57,022 nt of DNA from a virus (lineage: Duplodnaviria > Caudoviricetes). How positions within the stretch are numbered: position 1 is the first letter of the stretch; each line of letters starts with the position of its first letter. The DNA lies in the IMG/VR virus record IMGVR_UViG_2124908045_000001, positions 1 to 57,022 of that record; one strand, given 5' to 3'. Below the pieces are notes generated by a model. It ran no database searches, was not told the DNA's origin, and saw only the letters and a list, made by a program, of their open reading frames with translations. Below are positions 55,732 to 57,022 of this stretch, one piece after another. Both the position numbers and the translations under genes were made by a program.

Positions 55732-55954
55732 CACCCGGTAGTATTTCTGCGTAATCATACCTCCAGTCCTAAATGGCTGACGTGGACTAGCAGCCAAAGC
55801 GTTTCCTTGATTCGCTTAAAAATCAATTCAGCGTAGCTCGCAAGAGCACCCGCCATAAGGCAACGGGGAAGGTTCGCTGACTTCAAAAGCCGTGAGTCTC
55901 GGCGCGCGATTGCGCTTACCGAGCCGAACGAAAATTCAATCTTTTGAGGTCTGT

Positions 55955-57022
55955 ATGGCAGAACCGATGTCCTGCAAAGTTTTCACGCAACTCCTTGTTG
56001 ACGAGGAACCCAAGTATGATAAACGCATCGTCAAATCCATCCGCCCGATGGATGGCTGGATTGGCCATGTCGCCACCGGCCCATTCCCAGCTTTCTCCGG
56101 CACGTCGATGTTCCAGGACAAGTTCGAGCACGTGTATCCCAACACGAGCCGGGCGTGGAATACTGTGTCGTACGCGAACTGCGTAGGCACGCCGTGTAAC
56201 AAGACCTTCAACACGCTGGGTTGGGGTTCCTCGCGCCTGCAATTCTATCTGGAGGAGCAGAACTGGCAGACGCCACTGCTGTGCTTCGACCAACAACTGC
56301 ACGTGACCCATGCGCGGGAGCAGTTCAACTACATCATCAACGACATCATGCGGCCCGCCACGTCGCAGATTCAGTCGATGTTCCTGCGTAAGCGCGCCCT
56401 GTTCTGGGCGGGCAAGAAATGGGCCGCGGGTGCGAATTTCGGCCAGACCGCCTCGCAGTTCAGCCACATCTGGCAGAATGATGCGGCAGGCAATGAGGTG
56501 TTCCTGCTCACGAGCGTGATGCCGACGAGCAAGTTGACGCCGCAGATGCTCGCCAATCGCGTCGCGCCACTGACCCGTGAGGGATATTTCGGCAGCGATC
56601 CATTCGGCGACGGCAAGTCACCCCCGGCGATTGAACTTGTGTCGGGCTGGGAAACCGTGTGGGAACTGAACCATCTCGGCGGCCAGCAGGGCGTGGGCGG
56701 CGGCGCAAATACACCCAACATCGCCAACAACTGGCGGTTCACGTCATTCGAGGACAGCCGCAAGTACTGGCGCTATGGCTACAGCGGCTCCATCGGCAAC
56801 TACATGACCCGCGTGGACCCGTTCGAGTTGCGCTTCAACTTTCTCGGTGCGAGCGGCAACGCGACGTATCCGTTCAAGTTCCAATTGGTGTTGCCTTACA
56901 CGAACATCGTGTCGAGCGGCGCGGGCGGCGCGGCGGGGCTGAAGTCCATTCCGAACCCGGACTTTGAACTGGCGTGCTACCGCATCTCGTTCATCTGGCA
57001 CCGGCAGGCGATGGAAGTGCTC
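55955..57022 (+). CDS. Major capsid protein, N-terminal part (continues at 1-332)
   Basis: GAGG ribosome-binding site, ATG 55955, frame open to the window end; absent from the ORF track because it has no stop in the window. Confidence 0.75.
   Translation, partial: MAEPMSCKVFTQLLVDEEPKYDKRIVKSIRPMDGWIGHVATGPFPAFSGTSMFQDKFEHVYPNTSRAWNTVSYANCVGTPCNKTFNTLGWGSSRLQFYLEEQNWQTPLLCFDQQLHVTHAREQFNYIINDIMRPATSQIQSMFLRKRALFWAGKKWAAGANFGQTASQFSHIWQNDAAGNEVFLLTSVMPTSKLTPQMLANRVAPLTREGYFGSDPFGDGKSPPAIELVSGWETVWELNHLGGQQGVGGGANTPNIANNWRFTSFEDSRKYWRYGYSGSIGNYMTRVDPFELRFNFLGASGNATYPFKFQLVLPYTNIVSSGAGGAAGLKSIPNPDFELACYRISFIWHRQAMEVL

Noticed and set aside
57000-57022. 23-bp terminal repeat as a biological DTR or att site
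   Set aside because: It falls inside the capsid ORF and is best explained as assembler overlap on a circular contig

Overview
This looks like a complete, circularly assembled ~57 kb tailed-phage genome. Bases 1-23 equal bases 57000-57022, and the probable major capsid gene reads in frame across that junction. The morphogenesis genes are podovirus-like but scattered over both strands: portal, scaffold, capsid, terminase subunits, adaptor/nozzle-like proteins and large internal virion proteins. The genome also encodes ERF/YqaJ recombination, several DNA-modification enzymes, a glycosyltransferase/methyltransferase cluster, three homing-type endonucleases and an IS1-like fragment. I saw no integrase, polymerase, helicase, primase or endolysin. 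A Verrucomicrobiota-like host is a guess from protein style only. The main result is three arrays of integron-type gene cassettes (about 8 attC-like hairpins, with 9-13 bp complementary cores at the two ends of each cassette) and no phage-encoded integron integrase. Every cassette gene runs antisense to the canonical attC orientation. Most start inside one attC and stop inside the next in a fixed frame, often with ATGA coupling. Two arrays are fed by a duplicated 47-bp promoter-like block, and two end in XerC-arm-like half-sites. A full dif-like site lies just after terS. All product calls come from motif recognition by eye, not database searches.
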